The notes under the pieces were generated by a model. That model did not search any database, had not been told where the DNA came from, and saw only the letters and a list, made by a program, of their open reading frames with translations. The position numbers and the translations under genes were made by a program. Positions 60,505 through 64,000 of a stretch of DNA of 64,000 nt are shown one piece after another. This stretch comes from an uncultured delta proteobacterium (lineage in GTDB: Bacteria; Desulfobacterota; Binatia; UBA9968). Where the stretch lies: assembly GCA_963847445.1 (NCBI GenBank), contig CAWJZV010000022.1, positions 11,205 to 75,204 of the forward strand, written 5' to 3'. Positions within the stretch are counted from its first letter, which is position 1. Each line of letters begins with the position of its first letter.

Positions 60505-61497
60505 TTAGAAGCGGCCCTCTTTCTCGAGTTTCTTCAACACGCTGTCTTCGACTAATTCTTCCGCCTTCAACTTGCGAATCTTTTCGTTGGTCAAGCCGAG
60601 CAGACGGATGACGTTGCGAATGCCGTCGACGCTCGGATAGATTTTCTGGTCGTATAAAGTCGGCAAGATTTTGTAGCCTTCCTCGGCATCTTCCAGTTTC
60701 GCCAAGCGCATCCCCTTGGCGACGGCGCGAATCACCTCGGCTTTGTTGGCCGGGTTGCGGATAAAGTTGACGGCATCGAGCAAGCCGCGAAAGACGTTTT
60801 CCGCCACCGCCGGCTGCGTGCGCATAAATTGGCGCCGCGACATTAGTCCCGAGCCCTGATAGGCGATCGGCAGCTTTTCCACGTCGGCGAGCACCGTGTA
60901 GCCTTTGTTTTGCAAATTCTTTCCATGGGCGTAGCCGACCAGCACGGCGTCGACGGTGCCGGCCATGAATCCTTGGACCATGACGGTCTGATCGCCGAGG
61001 GAGCGAAACTGGATCTTGTCGCGCTCCGGTGACAGGCCCCAATGGTCCAATGTCAGCATGGAAAAAATCCAACCGCCGCCGCTGAGACTGTTGACGCCGA
61101 CGCTTTTACCTCTCAATTCTGCCGGGCTTTTGATTTTCGGTTGCGCCATGAACATGCCGGTGAGCCGATTGATAAAGCCGGCGGCGAAAACCAGGTCGGC
61201 GCCCTCGGCGATGGCGCCGAGGTTGGCGCCGGACACCGATCCCCAATGAAACTGCGATTCGCCGGAGCTCAGCGCCGCCATGCCGATGGGCCCGCTGCGC
61301 GCCTGGACGAACTGGACCTCGATGCCGTACTTACGGAAGTAGCCCTGCTCTTGGGCGACGTAGATCGCCGCTTCGCGCTCGCTTACCGAGCCGGTGGTGA
61401 GGAGTACTTTGGTCAGTGGGGTAGCGGCATGCAGGATATTTGCCGGCGCTGCAACAATAAAGATTAGAATGAGCAATCCAACAGAACGAACCATCAT
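60505..61497 (-). CDS. NMT1/SsuA-like ABC substrate-binding protein
   Basis: VAQEQGYFRKYGIEV, ELRGKSVG. Confidence 0.85.
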   Translation of the reverse strand: MMVRSVGLLILIFIVAAPANILHAATPLTKVLLTTGSVSEREAAIYVAQEQGYFRKYGIEVQFVQARSGPIGMAALSSGESQFHWGSVSGANLGAIAEGADLVFAAGFINRLTGMFMAQPKIKSPAELRGKSVGVNSLSGGGWIFSMLTLDHWGLSPERDKIQFRSLGDQTVMVQGFMAGTVDAVLVGYAHGKNLQNKGYTVLADVEKLPIAYQGSGLMSRRQFMRTQPAVAENVFRGLLDAVNFIRNPANKAEVIRAVAKGMRLAKLEDAEEGYKILPTLYDQKIYPSVDGIRNVIRLLGLTNEKIRKLKAEELVEDSVLKKLEKEGRF

Positions 61498-61669
61498 CAA
61501 AATAACTCTCCATTCATGGCAGTAAATCTCGTTTCCATCATTCCGGCGTAGGCCGGAATCCAGACTTCGGACTAAACACCCCATCCCGCCTGGATGCCGG
61601 TTTCCACCGGCATGACGGAGTTGGCGCGGAGCTATTGTTTAGGCACTCTCATGACTCGCTGAGCCTGGC

Positions 61670-62230
61670 CTACAGCGTCGGCTGCACCGCTGGGCGATCT
61701 AACAGCCGTTTCACCCACGCTTTGACGTTCGGCAGATCATCGCCGATGGTCGCTTGATAGCGTTCCAGCCGGGTGAAAAACGGGATGAAGGTGATATCGG
61801 CAAGCGAGTAGTCGCCGGCGATATAGTCGCGCCCGCGCAGGTGGCCTTCGAGAAACTTCAAGTATTCAACGATCTCGGCCTTGGACTGTTCGACTTTGTA
61901 GTCGTGGGCGACGTTGCCACCGGCGCGCTGCAAGCGGGTGTTGCAGTAGTCGACCCAGATGCGCACGCGGGCGCGCTCGGCTAGGTCGCTGGGCATCAAT
62001 CGAACAGCCGGATATTTTTCGTCGAGATACTCATCGATGACCGCCGACTCGTAGATCACCGCGCCGTCGTCTTCGAGCACCGGCACTTTGCCGTAGGGAT
62101 TGCGCTCGAGCAGTTCCTTGGATTTGTTTTTCAAATCGCACTCGATGGTCTCGTACGAGAGATTTTTTTCCGCCAGGACAATCCTTGTCCTGTGGGCGTA
62201 GGGTCAGGGCCGGTAGGTAAATAATTTCAT
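61670..62230 (-). CDS. Glutathione S-transferase (omega/SspA-like), probable selenoprotein, 186 aa
   Basis: GGAGG RBS; MKLFTYRP-TGA(62204-62206)-PYAHRTRIVLAEK in frame with NPYGKVPVL, ESAVI, SLADI. Confidence 0.85.
62174..62192 (-). promoter_or_regulatory. Putative bacterial SECIS hairpin
   Basis: Perfect stem CAGGACAA-GGA-TTGTCCTG starting 11 nt after the UGA. Confidence 0.7.
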
Positions 62231-62302
62231 GAAGACCTCCTGGATTGATTTAGTTATTTACCACAATCTGCTTCTCGAAGCTCGGGCGCGCTGCGATTCC
62301 GG

Positions 62303-62380
62303 CGTAGGATGGGTTGAGCAGCAGCGATACCGATCATTCTGCCGACGGTGGGTATCGGCGCTCCGCGCCTCCACCCCCTA
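62303..62380. repeat. GTAG-type REP doublet
   Basis: gtaggatgggttgagc..cgatacc ... ggtatcg..ctccacccc; half copy near 3123. Confidence 0.6.
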
Positions 62381-62451
62381 ATAATACGTAAGCCAATTTG
62401 CTCCGACCGGATTCGCCCGCCGTGCCGCGGGATAGTTCTTATCTACGCTGC

Positions 62452-63534
62452 TTAGGCGCCTTGGCGCAATAGCAATTTGTTGTACCAGCCGATCAGTTCG
62501 TTGTAACGGTCGCCCCATTTTTCCGCCGATGGGATCATGACTTTGCGCTCGCCGACATCGTCCGGCCCTTTGGTCGCGATATTCTTGTGCCCGACCCAGC
62601 GGCCATGGCCATGCATGATTTCCTGGCCTTTGCGCGACATGAGAAAGTCGGCGAGTAGCGCCGCCGCGTAGGGATGGGGCGGACGGGCCGACATGTAGAT
62701 CGGTATTAAAGATTTCGCCGGCACGAAAGGTTGGGGAAAAATATAGTCGACGGGCGCGCCGGCCTTCTTCTTACTGATGACTTCCTGATGATGGCTGTCG
62801 ATCTGCAAGGAAAATTCGCCGGCGGCGACCAGTTGCGTGATCAACGACGGGCCGCGCCGCACTTGCAGCTTTTGTTGGCCGAGCCGGGTGGCCAGCTCCA
62901 AGCCTTTGGCTTCGCCGTAATGGTCGATCAATGCCGCCAACCAGTCGTAGGATTCGTCGTCGAGGGCCATCTTGCCGGCCCACTTAGGATGGAGCAAATC
63001 TTCGATGGTGCTCGGCGCCTCTTTGCGGGAAATCATCTTAGTATTGAACAGGAACACCAACGGCGTGGCAAAGATGCCATTCAAATAGCCCTCCTTATCG
63101 GCGAAGCCGTCGCGCAGGCCGCTACGATAGGGCGACCTGTAGCGCATGATGGCGCCGGCCTTTTTGAGCGTGTTGACGGTCATGCTGCGGGTGTTGAAGA
63201 CGTCGAATTGATGGGAGCGCGCGCGGCTTTCCGTGAGCACACGATTGAGCAGCGAACCGCCGCTGCCGGTCAAGGTATTGACCTTGAGAAACGGGTACTC
63301 GGCTTGAAAGCCATTGACGAGATCGTTGGCGAAGACGCGATTCATCGCCACATACCAGTTGACCGCGCCTTCTTTCTTGGCGCCATTGACCAGCCTTGTT
63401 TGACGCTCGGCTTCGGTTAACTGGTTGATCTCGTCGAGGAGTTTTTCTTCGCTTTGCGCGGGGAGCAGTGCCGGCGCGATGGCTGAGAGCAGTAGGAGTG
63501 AGAGAACTCCGATAGTTGAAATCCTAATGCCCAT
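62452..63534 (-). CDS. Extracellular solute-binding protein (Fe/thiamine class)
   Basis: GAKKEGAVNWY, DLLHPKWAGK, PPHPYAAALL. Confidence 0.85.
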   Translation of the reverse strand: MGIRISTIGVLSLLLLSAIAPALLPAQSEEKLLDEINQLTEAERQTRLVNGAKKEGAVNWYVAMNRVFANDLVNGFQAEYPFLKVNTLTGSGGSLLNRVLTESRARSHQFDVFNTRSMTVNTLKKAGAIMRYRSPYRSGLRDGFADKEGYLNGIFATPLVFLFNTKMISRKEAPSTIEDLLHPKWAGKMALDDESYDWLAALIDHYGEAKGLELATRLGQQKLQVRRGPSLITQLVAAGEFSLQIDSHHQEVISKKKAGAPVDYIFPQPFVPAKSLIPIYMSARPPHPYAAALLADFLMSRKGQEIMHGHGRWVGHKNIATKGPDDVGERKVMIPSAEKWGDRYNELIGWYNKLLLRQGA

Positions 63535-63922
63535 GGTCAACCTCCTGCTCGATGCCACCGGCGAAGCGTTGGGTGTCGACCACCGCGCGCCATTGGGTGC
63601 CCGCGCCGATCTTCACGCCCGCGTCATTGAACGCATCCACTGAATAGCGAATCTTTCGGCCTTTCACTTCGATAATCGCCGCATTCATGGTGACGCTTTG
63701 GCCGATGCGGGTCGATGCCAGGTGGCGCACGTCGATGTGAATGCCGACGGTCTGTTCGTTTTCGTCTAAAAAGGGTTCGGTAAGGTCGGTACAAGTCCGC
63801 TCCATCAAACTAATCATCGACGGGGTCGAGAAGACATCGGCCTTGAGCTGGCGCGCGCGCATGTCGATGGTGGTTTGATAGGATGCGGTGCGAGTGAGGC
63901 CGGGGCGCAGGCTGTCTTTCAT
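63524..63922 (-). CDS. FlK-like hotdog thioesterase
   Basis: VFSTPSMISLME, TVG, HLAST. Confidence 0.85.
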   Translation of the reverse strand: MKDSLRPGLTRTASYQTTIDMRARQLKADVFSTPSMISLMERTCTDLTEPFLDENEQTVGIHIDVRHLASTRIGQSVTMNAAIIEVKGRKIRYSVDAFNDAGVKIGAGTQWRAVVDTQRFAGGIEQEVDHGH

Positions 63923-64000
63923 GAGGCGAATATAGGGGACAGGGATGTCCCAGGCAACAGGCAATGGTCGTAAATAGCGCGTGATCGTGACCGTGGATCG

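Noticed and set aside
61500-61584. Extended N-terminus (LDSGLRRND) of SBP 60505
   Set aside because: Derived from a REP palindrome; a better start with a signal peptide lies at 61497.
1-64000. Genome-wide reassignment of TGA (code 4 or 25)
   Set aside because: Many genes end normally in TGA (1446, 21004, 30678, 32101, 51366); read-through is implied only at Cys-equivalent sites.

Overview
This is a GC-rich bacterial chromosome segment. The gene repertoire suggests Candidatus Binatia or a related 'Deltaproteobacteria'-like soil lineage (inference only). About 18 genes carry single-base frameshifts, most likely long-read assembly errors. The window holds about 16 solute-binding proteins with no permease or ATPase partners, interleaved with catabolic enzymes (amidohydrolases including a LigY-like one, Rieske oxygenase, UbiD, cupins, VOC, LLM, IorAB-type molybdoenzyme). 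It also has modABC, a BrnTA toxin-antitoxin pair and many intergenic REP/MITE-like palindromes. The ORF track misses three signals. (1) Two probable selenoproteins, a TlpA-like redoxin (UxxC) and an omega-like GST (UPYA), each have an in-frame TGA at the catalytic Cys position followed by a similar GG-loop SECIS-like hairpin. (2) A stand-alone Tad minor-pilin/vWA adhesin cassette sits behind a sigma54-type promoter and is gated by two near-identical c-di-GMP-II-type riboswitch-terminator units, one inside the operon. (3) There is a decayed GDCCVxC-family gene and an internally deleted SBP relic. I found no rRNA, tRNA, CRISPR array or intact transposase.
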